Of a DNA stretch of 52,551 bases, positions 12,960-26,551 are shown piece after piece. The DNA lies in assembly GCA_025201805.1 (NCBI GenBank), contig MU619268.1, positions 177,267 through 229,817 of the forward strand, in the 5' to 3' direction. This DNA is from Parasitella parasitica NRRL 2501. Its lineage: Eukaryota > Fungi > Mucoromycota. Made by a program: the position numbers and the translations under genes. Every line of letters starts with the position of its first letter. Position 1 is the first letter of the stretch. The notes below the pieces were generated by a model. It saw only the letters and a list, made by a program, of their open reading frames with translations. It was not told the origin of the DNA and did not search any database.

Positions 12960-15900
12960 ATGAGCCTTATACCACATTACAGTAATTGTACAAGACAGAG
13001 TAAAGCTAATTCCATTTCGGCGAACATTGACAGTGAAATGATAGCTTGTTTAATGCAGGTAAGCATGAAAAGCATTGATCTGGTGCTATGTGTCAATTCA
13101 CGATGAATATAAAGCGTTCCATGTTCTTGAAATCGCAAGGTTTAACTGAGCAAAGCAGCACCGAGTTGGCTCGAATAGGGCAACATCTAAAACTCATGCA
13201 AAGCAAAACAGCTGCTGGGTATCACAAGAACCTCACAGCTACTACTGCTACGCCTACTTTAAATCAGCCGCAACCAGCTATCACAAGAAAAGACCTAAAG
13301 CGAGGTAAAGTGAAAATCATCAATGCTTTTATCAAAGGTTAAAATTATGGTATAGATCATTGTGTCTTTCAACCTCATCATTTGAATGCTTTAAAGAACC
13401 AAATCATGGCGTATAAGTTGATTTCAAAAGATACGCCGTTGCCACCTCAGCTTCAGCAAGCTGTATTGACCCCTTTCAATAGCTCGCTCTTTCAACCAAC
13501 ATCACCTACAACGCCTATTATTACAGCAAAAGCTATCGATTCGCAGCAGCATCCGCCATGCCAATATCAAGAATATCAACTCTCGGTTCCTTCTCAAATG
13601 AAGCAGACGTATTTACAGCAAACATCTGCACCTAAAATCCTTCAGACAAGGTTAGCGCCACCACCACCAGTACTGCCATCACCACCGCCAGCACGACCGC
13701 CAGCACCTCCGCCAGCACCACCAGCATCACCAGAATTACAATGCAATACCTACGTCCCGCCAACTAGTTTACTACCAGACCCGATTACATCCTACCTTCA
13801 CTCATCAAGATATCATATGACGCAGATACCCTCTCTTTTACCTGTTGGCATTGATCCTAAGAGCATCAACTCCGAGAGAGAAAAGAGAGTTCTATCTCGT
13901 ATGCAATACCGCTATCAAAAACCAAATATCAGCCTCCAGGATGACATTCATACCAAGTCATTGAAGCTTCATTATAAACAAAGTAAACTTCGCAATGAAT
14001 TGCTCGCAGGGGTCAACAACGCTACTACACTTGCATCGTCTGCAGATCGGCTCTCTTACAGGCGCATCAAGAAAATCACCCTCCGAGAATCTCGCCATGT
14101 TGAGGCTATGGAGCAAGAACAGCGAAGGATCCAACAGGAATCCATCTGTGCAGCTAAAGATAATCGCCTAAACACGATTTGCGATCAAGGTTCAGAGCTA
14201 ATCTCAATGAGCAAAAAGAACTTCGCCAAATGTGTCAAATTGGGCGATGCTGTGATTCATTACCATCAGAACTACGAAAAGGAAAAGCACAAGAAAAGAG
14301 AGCATATTGCCAAGGAGCGTATGCTGGCACTCAAAAATGACGACGAAGAAGCTTATGCCAAGCTGCTCGATAAAGCAAAAGACACGCGTTTGACAGATCT
14401 TTTAAAGCAAACTGACCAGTTCTTGAAATCGTTGACTATATCGGTATATGAGCAGCAAAATACCAGTAGGCACATGGTGAATGGGGATGAGCCAGATCAA
14501 GACGCTATTGCTGCTGCTGCTGCTGCTGCTGCTGATTACCATTGTATCACGCATCAGATACAAGAATGCGTCTCTCAACCTAGCACAATGGTAGGCGGTC
14601 GACTCAAAGACTATCAGATAAAAGGCCTGCACTGGATGGTCTCTCTGTACAACAACAATTTGAATGGTATTCTGGCCGACGAAATGGGCCTAGGAAAAAC
14701 TATCCAAACAATTAGTTTGATTACCTACTTGATTGAAAAGAAGAGACATAATGGTCCCTTTTTGATCATTGCACCCTTGTCGTAAGCATATATACGTACA
14801 TACATATACACTTTCATCTAACGACCCCACCCCCACTTTTTTTTTTTAACCATGTACACATATGTATAGTACGCTAACAAATTGGACGCTGGAGTTTGAT
14901 AAATGGGCACCGTCTGTTTCCAAGATTGTGTACAAAGGACGCCCTGAGACACGAAAAGAATTGACAAATATTGTCAAAGCTGGTCAGTTTCAAGTACTAT
15001 TGACCACCTTCGAGTTTATTATACGGGATTCGTATGCTCTTGGTAAGGTCAAATGGTTGTATTTGATAATGGACGAGGGTCATCGTATGAAAAACGCCAA
15101 TTCCAAACTCACAAGTACACTAAGGCAAGAGTACTATGCCCAATACCGTCTTGTTCTCACTGGCACACCACTGCAAAACAATCTGCCTGAACTCTGGGCC
15201 CTGTTGAACTTTGTGCTCCCAAAGATCTTCAAAAGCGTCAAGACATTTGAAGAATGGTTCAACGCACCCTTTTCACGTCAAGGCGTTCAGGACAAGGTTG
15301 GTTTGGACGAAGAAGAACAAATGCTGGTCATCCAACGATTGCACAAAGTGCTGAGGCCTTTTTTATTAAGACGCCTGAAATCAGATGTTGAGTCAGAGCT
15401 GCCAGATAAGGTGGAAAGAGTGATCAAATGCAAGTTATCTAGTTTACAGCTCAAGATATACCAACAGCTCAAAAACACCAGTGTAGTATACGTAAACAAC
15501 AGTGATGATTCGTAAGTCAAATCACGGTATGAGTACACAAGCGCTAATATTTACAACCGTCTGCGTAGCCCCATTTCTGCGAAAGGATTAAACAACACTA
15601 TTATGCAACTTCGCAAAGTTTGCAACCATCCGTTTGTGTTTGAAGGCGTTGAAAGCGTGCTGAATCCACGAGGCAAGTCCAATGAATTGCTATTCCGCTG
15701 CAGTGGTAAATTCGAATTGCTGGATCGCATGTTGCCCAAGCTGCAGCGAGCAGGTCATCGCGTATTGATCTTTTTCCAAATGACAAGCATTATGAACATT
15801 ATGGAAGACTATTTGAATTGGAGAAATTATCATTATTTGCGCTTAGACGGCTCTACTAAATCGGATGATCGCTCAACCTTACTGTACCACTTTAACCAAC

Positions 15901-17078
15901 CTGATTCTCCATATTTCATATTCTTACTGAGCACTCGTGCGGGTGGCCTCGGCTTGAACTTGCAGGCTGCTGACACTGTAATCATCTTTGATTCAGACTG
16001 GAATCCTCAACAGGATTTACAGGCCCAAGATCGTGCACATCGTATCGGACAGACTAAAGAAGTACGCATATATCGACTTGTTACATCCAACTCAATTGAA
16101 GAAACAATATTGGCAAGAGCCCAGTATAAATTAGACATTGATGGCAAAGTTATACAAGCTGGCAAATTTGATTATCGCAGCACAGAGGATGATCGAGAAG
16201 CCTTGTTAAGAACTTTGCTGGAAGATAGAATCGCTGGTCAAGGTGGGGAACGCTATTGTGGTGAAGACGTCAGTAACGACAAGCTCAACGACATTTTGAA
16301 ACGCTCTGATAAAGAGTTGGAGATATTCAAAGCGGTTGACATGGAAAGGGGAGACCAAAAAGAAGTTTCGAAAGAACGATTAATCCAGGAGGAAGAGTTG
16401 CCAAGTATGCTTGACGAGCCAGGAAAAGTTATCATGGCTTCAAATTCGATGGCATTAGACTCTGATCGAAGCAGAAGGGCCAAAAAGGATGTGATATACG
16501 ACGACGGACTCACCGATGCACAATTTATGCTAGCAATCGAAAGAGGACAAGAGATACCACAAATAGGAAAGAAAAGATCGCTCGATATTACTCCAAAATT
16601 GACCCGAAAACGTAGCCAAAGACTTGACCCCAGAAAAGCACTTCAAATGGACACAGTGCCTAGGGCAGTTCGAGAGCAATTGACCGAGATATTTGAAGCA
16701 TGTTATAAAGCAGTCGAAGACTCAATCGAGTTTGAAGGCGAAGATTTCTACAGACAAAGATGCGAGTTATTTATGGATCTTGTGGACAAGAAGGAGTATC
16801 CAGAGTATTACACACTGATCAAAAACCCCATCTCAATGAACATGATCAAGGAGCGAATTCATTCCTTTTATTATGAAAATGTACAGGAATTCAAAAATGA
16901 TTTCCATGTCATGTTTGAAAATGCCTGTATATTCAACGAAGAAGACTCAATTGTTTACAAGGATGCCACTGAAATGGAGAGGATACTATATCAACACTTG
17001 GAGAAGCAGCTTGCTCGAGATACTTTACCAGAATATCGAAATATCAAGACTACAACCAAATCAGACTACTCTTTATAA
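12960..17078 (+). CDS. SNF2: Snf2/Sth1 (Brahma-type) chromatin-remodelling ATPase: QLQ, HSA, SNF2 ATPase/helicase, bromodomain; 5 exons
   Basis: LKNQIMAYK (QLQ), [35 protein letters not shown], and a C-terminal bromodomain (YPEYY...FENACIFN). Confidence 0.95.
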
Positions 17079-17224
17079 TGAAAAATGCTTATATCTGTAA
17101 AAATGAAACCCGTTTACGGTTTCAAGCAAAAAAAAAAAAAAAAAAAAAAAAAATTCCGAGCAGTATAGTATTACAACAGTTTGCAAGTTAATAAAAATCT
17201 CTCTCTTCTCTCTATACACACAGA

Positions 17225-17623
17225 ATGTCGCAACATCCCTACTCTGCCTCGGTGCCAACGACTGATCGACAGGAGTTGCAGCAAAGCTTGTTTCCATCAT
17301 GGCATAATCGTAGACATTCTCACACAACAGATATGATTTTAGAAGAAGGAGAAAGAAAAAGCGGTTCATTTGAAGCATTACAAGACATGGTACAAAAGCA
17401 GCAATCACAGCAAGATCTGGATGATGATCAACCAGATGATGCATTACCAGTGGCAGCAGCCTTAAAAAGCGGATCAATTAGCACACCTCCAGGTCCAAGT
17501 ATCCTCATCCATGGACCTGACAGCGAGGCAACTACAAGTGTGAACGAGAAAAAGCCGAAAATACATCGATCTGTGAAATTCGAGACAAAAGAAGATGACG
17601 GTAGTAATTTCATCAGGAACTAG
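17225..17623 (+). CDS. Small disordered hypothetical protein (132 aa) with short linear motifs
   Basis: Single open frame with A at -3 and coding-like composition. Motifs RKSGS, PSILIH and KIHRSVKF. Confidence 0.55.
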   Translation: MSQHPYSASVPTTDRQELQQSLFPSWHNRRHSHTTDMILEEGERKSGSFEALQDMVQKQQSQQDLDDDQPDDALPVAAALKSGSISTPPGPSILIHGPDSEATTSVNEKKPKIHRSVKFETKEDDGSNFIRN

Positions 17624-17954
17624 GGCATCTTTTTTCTTAGAATTTGACTCACACACCGTGTGTAATTGCCTTGAATTTTTACTTGTTTATTAAATATATC
17701 AAGTCTCGGTATGGAATTACCAAGACCAACGAAAAAAAAAAAAAAATGGATACCATGATTTTGTCATTTTGGAGGAACACATACGGTACTACGTAGACCT
17801 TGACACACATTGCACTTGAGTAACAAAGCATGGCGTTATTTAATTCCATCTGATTTTCGAAAAAGTCCGGATTAGTACACCACATTTATTATTATGCTGC
17901 TAGTTCCCACTTTTTTTCTTTTTTTTTTTGGATTTTCCTGTAATATATTTTCCA

Positions 17955-20127
17955 ATGTCAAATAATTTGGATAATAACAGCAATAGCAGCAGTATTGGAA
18001 GCAGCCACAGGCCTCCAACGCCACCTCCTCGACCTATTGTTGTCAAGACAACCAGTGCTCCACGCATTCCAGCATCTCCACCACCTTTGCCGGCGAGAAA
18101 TCAATCTGTTGACCAGCTAACGACAAATGTGAAGCCAACTCGAAAAGCGCCAGATATCGAAGAACACTATGCACATCTGCACAAACATGTAAAAGAAGTA
18201 CGTCGCCGTAATGCCAGGAACATAGTGGCGCCATCCTTATCAGACTTTAGAATAAAAAAAGACGACAAAGTTATATCGACGCAATGGATTCAATTCATAC
18301 AAGCCGTAAGTATCCTTTATGGTTATGCTTTTGTGTCAGACATGGACGTTGATAAATTCGTATATATATATAATATATATATGTATATATTCATGTATAT
18401 TCAAGTGGATAAAATATTTTGTTAGTGCTGCTGCATATGATCAAGTAGATCGTCCATTAGAGCCATTCTCCTTGAAAACTGTAAAACATGATTTGGATAG
18501 ATTGTATCCAATCATTGCACCACTTATTGCTCCAGTGAAAACGCTAAGGCCTATTTACAGATGGGAAAATAAGGCCTTGACAGGGGGCCTTGCTAGTGTA
18601 AGCTATATTCTCAGTTGTAATGTCGATCGCTTCTTGCTGTGGTTAGTAATGACATTGTATATATATATATACGTAGTTTTACTTGCTGTTGTGGTATTAC
18701 GACTTGATCATGGGATTTGTATGTGTGTGTATGGTTATCGGCCTACTAGTCGTTCGCTTTGATATGTTTGCTCAGTATGGGATAGAAGCGTTGGGGGAGC
18801 AGCCAGAGACTGATGCTACTGTGAAATCATGGAACCGCAATTTCTGGATGAAGATGAGAACTTCAATGGGCACTCGATCGCCCTATGGATTCAATCTATT
18901 CGACGACATTGACATTTCAGTTACCGAATGGAGGGCTGATTTATATACTAAGTATGGCCCAAAAACGCAGATTATAGTAAGTCTAATATCATTATGAATC
19001 GCATCTGCTCATATGAAATACCAGCTATCAGACACTGTGGATTACCTTGAGCGCATTAAAAAGTAATTTTAATTATAATGGTCCTCTTGGTCTGTCATCT
19101 AATACCTTTGAAATAGCCTGCTTACCTGGAAGAGACCTGTTAAAACTAGAATTCTACTGATGCTTTTAAGCATCTGCTCGGTTTTGCTGACCTTTATCCC
19201 ACTTCGTTTTGTCGGAAAAATGGTGTTTTTCCATATTGGCTTTGAGTTTTTCGTATTGCAGGCATTGCGCTCGCACTATCCTAGACACCGCCGACTCTTT
19301 AATATATTGAATCTGCTTTTATGGGACGTGCCCAATGATGCAGAATATGCCATGGAAGTTGTTCGATTATCTCACTCTTTGAAAAAGGACACGTCTACTG
19401 AGCCAAGTTTGTCCACATCAAGCGACCTCAGAAGAAGAAACATACATCAAGACGATGCTAGTAGTAGCAGCAGCAATAGTAGCGGATATCACCCTCCAAG
19501 TGCAATGCCTAAAAAGTTTTCGGCCTCCATGTCTGATTTGATGACAGACCATCTCACCAACATGGCATTGAGGGCTCAGCCCGCGAATAAGCCATCCGGT
19601 AAGGCAGCATTTCATGAGCAGGCAGCGTCAACGGCTGCTTCATTGGCCATGTTAGCAGCAGCAGCAGCAGTGAATAAGGTCAAAAAGACAGTGGACAGCA
19701 AAAAAGATAAAAATGCAGACAAAAATGAAGTGCTGAATCCCGCTGAAGAAGATGACTCGAATGGTATGATATACGTACAGTACGTATAAAATGTACACGT
19801 TTAGCTAAACCACCATGGGTAAACGTAGGGTTCGGCTGCATGTATAAAGGAACCATTCCTGGACGCATCAAAATACGTAGCAATGGAGTTGTGTTTCAAA
19901 CCTCCCGAATGACAGGCGGCAAAATCTTGGTTGAATGTGCATTTGATGATATTGTAGGTGTTAAGAAGACCAAGCAATACGACATGCTTGTTTGGCATGC
20001 TAGCGGCATTGATATTTCAACAATGGATGGACATGTCCTTCCATTCGAAAATGTAATCAGAAGGGATGATTGCTTCAATAGGTTAGTGGCTGCCTCTGGT
20101 GAAGGTGGTGAATGGAAGAAAATGTAA
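17955..20127 (+). CDS. Membrane protein with central TM hairpins and a C-terminal GRAM/PH-like domain
   Basis: Exons linked by GT-AG introns. Motifs IYRWEN..TG and ERIKNLLTWKRP..TR, hydrophobic segments, and a C-terminal FGCMYKGTIPGRIKIRSNGVVF...IVGVKK...FENVIRRDDCFNRL. Confidence 0.75.
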
Positions 20128-20213
20128 TAAATGTACAAGAGGTCCAATCTGTATTTTTTTTTTTTTTTTTTTTGCTGTGTGCTTTATTTCTTTATTACAA
20201 TATTGAATCTCAT

Positions 20214-21132
20214 TTAATCCTACAATATAAATCATGTTGGTTACTTTGTGCTGATTCATACTACTGATTTTGCTTCGGCTTACCTGGCGAGACTTGAGTG
20301 TGCGAGTGATGATTTCAGTTGGAGTACTATGATTAGACAGCGTTAGATGTACGTATCGACATCCTAATATCGACTTACATGACATGGACAACAGCGCCCC
20401 AGCCTGACAAAGCATCTCTGTCTTGTGCATTCAGCAATGCCTGAGAGATTGTTTCAAAAAGATCCTCGGGTTCAAGATCAGGCTCCCAAAGCGACTCACA
20501 CATACCGTACAAATTAGACCCTGCAGTACCGCTTACAACGAAATCTTTAGCAAAATTGATACATCCAATTAGATCCATAGCGCAAATAAAGGGCACATTG
20601 TCTTTGCCTAGACCTGCGACAACCGGCTCGACAAAGTAGGGTCCAAATCTAATCACCAGCTATTAAGTTGGTTGCATTTGCCTCGAGTGTGTTGTGTGCC
20701 ACGTACCTTTTTTCGTATAAGGTAGAGGATACCATGTGTGCAAGCGTTTTAGGCTCCATTTCTCTCTCTTCACGCATCTTGTACATATTTGTCTTGAATC
20801 TAAAACGATCTGCTCTATAATGGAATCGCATCAATACAGTCCCCTCACTCTCGTTTTGACTTGATATAGTTACAGTGTTAGGACATCAGTAGCTAAACCG
20901 GGCAATCCAATAAATGTCTTTTCAGAAGCTTTGAATATCTTTTGGAATTCGGTTGATACAGTCATGAATTGAGCGCCGAGACGCTTATCAGCAGCAATAG
21001 CGACACAGTCCTTTCCCACCATGGCTACAACAGAGCCACCATTGTATTGCATAATCGACTATTGCAAGGTTTTAAAACGTAATTTAGTACACTTGAGCAT
21101 GGAAGCTTGTGATTGCGCCGCACTATTACCAT
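20214..21132 (-). CDS. PUP3: 20S proteasome subunit beta-3
   Basis: M|[41 protein letters not shown] and a TLKSRQ|D* ending. Confidence 0.97.
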
Positions 21133-22458
21133 GATGAAATATATTTATATTCTTTCGTAGTAGTTGTAAAGAAACAAGGAAAAGGAATCTTTTCCCAAAG
21201 TTTACGTTACAAATGTAATCCTTCTGCTTGACGCGTAACTGCCACTGCCAACCTTTGCTTTTGGACGTAGGATGACGTGTTCTTCCCTTTTGTTAAGAAT
21301 CCGATGGATGATGATGAGCGACTTGAGGAAGCTCAACACCTTCAATGTAACTTTGGTGTTTGTAGAATAGTCCTACTCTTATACCTATAGCTCAAAACAA
21401 TAGAGGTTAATTCATCCCATAATAATAAATCAACGGAAATAATTCCATCCCCACCCCCTCCATTGACCTGATAGAGTTGGACTAAGAATACCGAACCTCG
21501 AGTCCTCTTGAGATAAAATGCGAATACCTATTATTCAGCTTCGCATGATATCAGATACATTGAATATTTACACTAGAAGTCGGTATGAAAAAACAATTTA
21601 TTATCATGTTAAAAATGTTCTGCTATTTTTTTTTTTTTTTTTTTTCAAAAAAGGCCCTGAACAATACCTTGAGCGATATATTGCTACATCCTTAGACATG
21701 ACCTTGTTTGCTATTGAAGGTTTCAGATGTGTGTTCACACACAACAATCGATCAATAGCATAAGGTATCGGTTTTTGCAAACATGATACGTACATATATA
21801 AGTAGAAAGAAAGCGTACATAAAAGATTGAAAAGGAAGTTCATAATAGTTTTCATAAGCTGGTTGTAACAGACCTAACTTGCCTAAGCCGGGGATCATAG
21901 TCATGTTGACATGATGTTGATGTTACTGCATCTACTCTGCAACAAAGGGGCACTACAGACCATATAGCGTGACCCAAATTTCTTGCGATGTGGATCTATC
22001 AATGGCTTACGATTATACAACTCAACGCAATTGATGACAAGAGTTTCCTTTCCTTCAACAAGTATTGACTCAGCCAAAAGGTGAGCACAAGCAATTCTTA
22101 TATATATGGCTTATTCTTCCAGTCTTGATTCAGAATATTCAAAGCAGAATCGTTAATCTCTTTGTAATTTTGATGCACGGGAGCTTTAATTGCCACTTGC
22201 ATAATTATCAAGATTAGTTTTGGTGATGTAAACGAAAGTTTTCTCTTCTCAAATTGTGCTTTCCAAACGATGTCCACAAAAAAAAAAAAAGGCGTTTTAG
22301 TTTTCGTGGTTAGTAAACCTCGATTTGTCCTGAAAATTACCGTGTTGTCTTTGAGGATGACTTTTTAACTTGGAAGCATCCACAGATTCTCTTTTAGAGT
22401 ACTATCACAAAGATGATAAACAAACGCTGTATATCTCAAGCATTATTAAAATCGCTCT

Positions 22459-23040
22459 TCAACGAATTCTGAAGTTCCTACTATTGAGATTCAGGACATC
22501 TGTCTTGCGGTTTTGAAACAGATCCTGCAGCCAAAGAAAACGTAATGATTTGAAAAAAGATGTTGTCGACCTTGGCATCAACGTCAATTACAAAGAGACT
22601 AAACGGCGAGGAAACGGTCAACTTCCAATGTTGTGATTTATCGTCGCTGAGGAATGAACTCCAAATCTCTTATTTACCACTAGCTATTTGCTCTTCATGC
22701 GGAAGAGAGAGAGGTCATACAGTTTGTTAGCTCATTGTACCGCGCCAGCCTAATGATTTACATCTTTTATTCGGAAAACGAGTTGATTTAACGTATGAGT
22801 GTTATGGAAACCCTAATGCGAGTTGTGGCCATGATGTATGAGGCAAATTCGGTTTCTTAACCGATTGGCTTTTTCAATGACCATCATTAATGCTCAAGGC
22901 TAAACATTAAGTTTGATTAGATTATGTCATACATTTCATGTCACGGGCAACTGTACGTTGCCCTTTCAAGGGTGAGTATTCCGTCGTTCTATCAAGATTA
23001 TGAGTGACAGGAATATAACGTAGGCCATTATACTCACAAC
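22459..23040 (+). mobile_element. Internally deleted Helitron relic, copy 2, retaining the Pif1-type helicase C-terminal motifs
   Basis: RLAFSMTIINAQG*TL (from 22862) and HGQLYVALSRV (22942-22974), preceded by an N-terminal ICSSCGR..GH knuckle. Confidence 0.85.
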
Positions 23041-23262
23041 ACAGGATGCTCCAAGTTTTTCCATATTTATTTTTTCTTTCCTTTAATTAAAAGGAGATAT
23101 GAGCATGATGAACTTTGACAAAACCATCCTGTTATGTCACAACAAGGAATGAGCCATAATGCATAACATGGTACAAAACTGCAGGAAGACGAGTTGAGCT
23201 TAAAAACTCTCACTTCACTAGCTGGCGGCGACTATGCACTTTCTTTTCTATTTATCATCAGA

Positions 23263-24061
23263 ATGGCTTTAGCTCCTCAATTTACTGGTCATCGTTTAGG
23301 TTCTGCTCTTGCTCCTCATACTCTCGAGTTTTATTTGGATTATGTTGTAAGTCCTTTTTGTCTAAATTGAAGGAAAACGAGTAAGCTTAATATGTCGCTG
23401 CTATTGTGCCATAGTGCCCTTTCTCTGCTAAAATCTACAAGAAACTTCGCGAGGTAGACCCCATTTCCTGTTCGAAATAATATAGTATCTCTCATAAAAT
23501 TCCCCAATAATTAATTAGGAAGTCTGGCCTTTTGTAGAAACAACGTACCCTGACAAATTCCAATTCATTTTTCGCCAACAGATCCAACCTTGGCATGCTT
23601 CTTCTACAATTGTCCACGAAGCTGCCATCGCAGTAGAGAAGATTGACAGCACAAAGTTCTTCGTGTTTTCGGATGCTTTGTTTGCTAATCAAAAAAAGTA
23701 AGTTGGAGTCAACGGCTTCATCCAAAAAAAAAAAAAAAAAGAGCTAAGATGTTTATGCAGCTATTTTGATGAAGCTCTTGAAACAAAGACGCGTGCAGAA
23801 ACAGCTGCGAGCTTGGCACAGTTGGCCGAATCCGTTCATGTTCCTGCTGCAAAAGTCTTGAAGCTTATCTCCAATGGAATTGGAGAGCCCAAGAACCACG
23901 GTAACGATGTCACCAATGACTTGAAATTATGTATAAAGCTTGGTCGTCAAAATGGTATCCATGTTAGCCCTACTGTTTTAGTTGATGGTATTAAGGACGA
24001 TAGCGTCTCATCTGGCTGGGATATCGATCAATGGAAAGAGTATTTGAAAAGCAAATTGTAA
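23263..24061 (+). CDS. DsbA/thioredoxin-fold protein; 4 exons
   Basis: MALAPQFTGHRLG...LEFYLDYV|CPFSAK, RQQIQPWH and GIHVSPT motifs. Confidence 0.88.
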
Positions 24062-24091
24062 TAAATAATCAGTACGCTGTCTTTATTTTGT

Positions 24092-25593
24092 CTAAGAAAA
24101 CATCTTGGCATAAGCATTCTTTTGCTTTTGCTTTTTGGCAGCCAAGCCCTCCTTGGCTTTAGCAAGTTCCTTCTTGATATTGCCGTCTCCGGGAGTTAAT
24201 TCAATTGCCTTTTCGAAATCCTCAATAGCACCTTCTAAATCTTTGCTAGTAGCCTTGGCCATACCACGACGGTAATAAGCTTTAGTCTTGTCAGCATCCT
24301 TGACATATTTGGCGTCATAATCCAAAACCATGGTAGTAACCTTCAAGCAATCGCTGTTATTACCCAACTTAAGATCGCACATGGCACGGTTAAGGAAACT
24401 GGATATTTTCAAACCACTGTATTCAACACGTAGCTCCTCGGGGTCTTCTTCATCAAAAGCAGGCTTATCGTTCAAATAACGAATGGCTTTGAGGTATTTT
24501 CTGGCAGCATTTTCATAATCTCCCTTCTTGAAATAAGCGTTACCAATCTCTTTGAGCTTACTGGCGATTTCAATAAGTGCGGCAAGTTCTCTAGATCCTT
24601 CATGATCATCTTGAACATTGCAAATTTAGTCTCTTATTGAGCAACGTATTGGGCTTGATTGACTTACCAGGAAATTCTTCATAGTTATCACCGTCTTCGT
24701 GAACGGGAATGCCATCATCTTCGCCCTCAGCTAATTCACCACAGTTGGTGATGACAGCATCTTGCAATGGCTTGTCATTGTTGGTTTCCAAAAATTCCAA
24801 GGTACGGACAATGCCCTTGCCCTTCAAAACCTTGCCAAAGACGACATGCTTACCATCTAAATGGGGAGTAGGCACAGTGGTAATGAAGAATTGAGAACCA
24901 TTGGTACCAGGGCCAGCGTTAGCCATGGATAACAAAAATGGCTTTTCGTGCTTCAAGTCAAAGTTTTCGTCTATTAGCAAAACACATACATATAAAGTCA
25001 ACAGCTGCATTTGCGTATATCTCGCATTAAAATAGTTACCTTCAAACTTTTCTCCGTAGATAGATTCACCACCAGTGCCGTTTCCAGCTGTAAAGTCGCC
25101 ACCTTGAATCATGAAATTCTGCAAACATGTTGATACGCTGCTTCTATGGTCGATTTCGATGTAAAAGGACGTACCTTGATGATACGATGGAAAATGCTGT
25201 TCTTGTAGCATAAGGGCTTACCGCTCTTGCCTACACCCATTTCGCCTGTCATCATCACAATAAAGAAGCACTTAATTATCTGGCCAAGTGATACCTAAAG
25301 ATTCTACTTACCAGTACAAAGAACACGAAAGTTTTCAGCAGTTTTAGGAACTACATCTTTGAACTGAATGCGATAACAGAGTATTAGTATCTTACTTGAG
25401 AACGAATACCATAAAATCATGCAATACTTTACAAGCTCGAAAACAATACGACCTTCGGGCTTGCCACCAATTGAGACGTCAAAAAAACTAGACGTTAAAT
25501 CAGTAAGATAGGTACTTGACGCATATTCGCTCGTTTGTTCTAGTCATTGACTTACACGCGGGGATTAGGCTTTTTTTCGGTTGAATCAGACAT
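24092..25593 (-). CDS. CPR6: Cyclophilin-40 (PPIase + TPR), Hsp90 co-chaperone
   Basis: [47 protein letters not shown] repeats and the ending AYAKMFS*. Confidence 0.96.
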
Positions 25594-25807
25594 ATTAATG
25601 AGGATGTATACTTGTAGAAAGTCATAGAAGAATGGCCCGTTTTTATAGAAGATGCTTCCACGTCACGTCAAACGGTTGCAAATCGTTCGAGAAAAATCGA
25701 TAATCAACAAAAGGGCAAATAACACAACTGCTTGTTCCAAACGAGACGACACAACTAAACTTCTAATGGACAAGTAGAACAGGTGTAGATCCTGGCCNNN
25801 NNNNNNN

Positions 25808-25884
<77 letters not shown>

Positions 25885-26551
25885 AAAAAATTAAAAACCT
25901 GTAGACAAACTTCTAATTGAAGTAATCTTTGTATAGCAATGTAACCTGCATAGTTTGACACAAAAATTACCATTCGCCACAAAATTCAGCACTCATTTCC
26001 CATATGGCTTGTTTACTTTTGTGAGAGATTGATATTTGGCATTAATGATTTAGACATGTTCAGGATCAAATGGAAACACTCTGACGGAGATTGTATTTTT
26101 AGCCCACTCGCCACCATACAGCTTGACTACTACGCCAGCATTTCGAGTATTTACAATTAAAGAGCAAGGCCATGACCCCAATAGGTAAACTGGAAATGAC
26201 TTGATTTGAATTAATAGCTAAAATGCCATTTTTATGTAGCTGTGTTTTTGAGTGAAATAAGTTTGCACGATCTAAATCATTACTACTCTCCCCCCCCCCC
26301 CGCCGCCGCCGCCTAAAGGGAACCATGTGCAATGGCTATGTGGGGGGGGGGGGTACGTATAATATATACGCAAATTTAGCTCTTAGAAATAGATGCCTAA
26401 AGAAGATTTATTACAAGGTTTCAAGATGAGGGGTTTTTTATTTTTTTTATGCTTATCATATATAACAAAAACGGCTGTTGACTGTTTGAAAGACTATTTA
26501 CAAAAGAGTGAGGTGGTGGTGGTTATAATGTTTTGGAAATGTATGTATCAT

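Noticed and set aside
25686-25698. Heat-shock element (TTCnnGAAnnATC) upstream of Cyp40
   Set aside because: Biologically plausible, but only two perfect units; not distinguishable from chance.
25798-25890. Long poly(A) as a retroposon tail
   Set aside because: It abuts an N-gap and no retro-element body is adjacent. The length is likely an assembly artefact, as for the ~80-nt run at 41367-41447 in the NF-YB intron.
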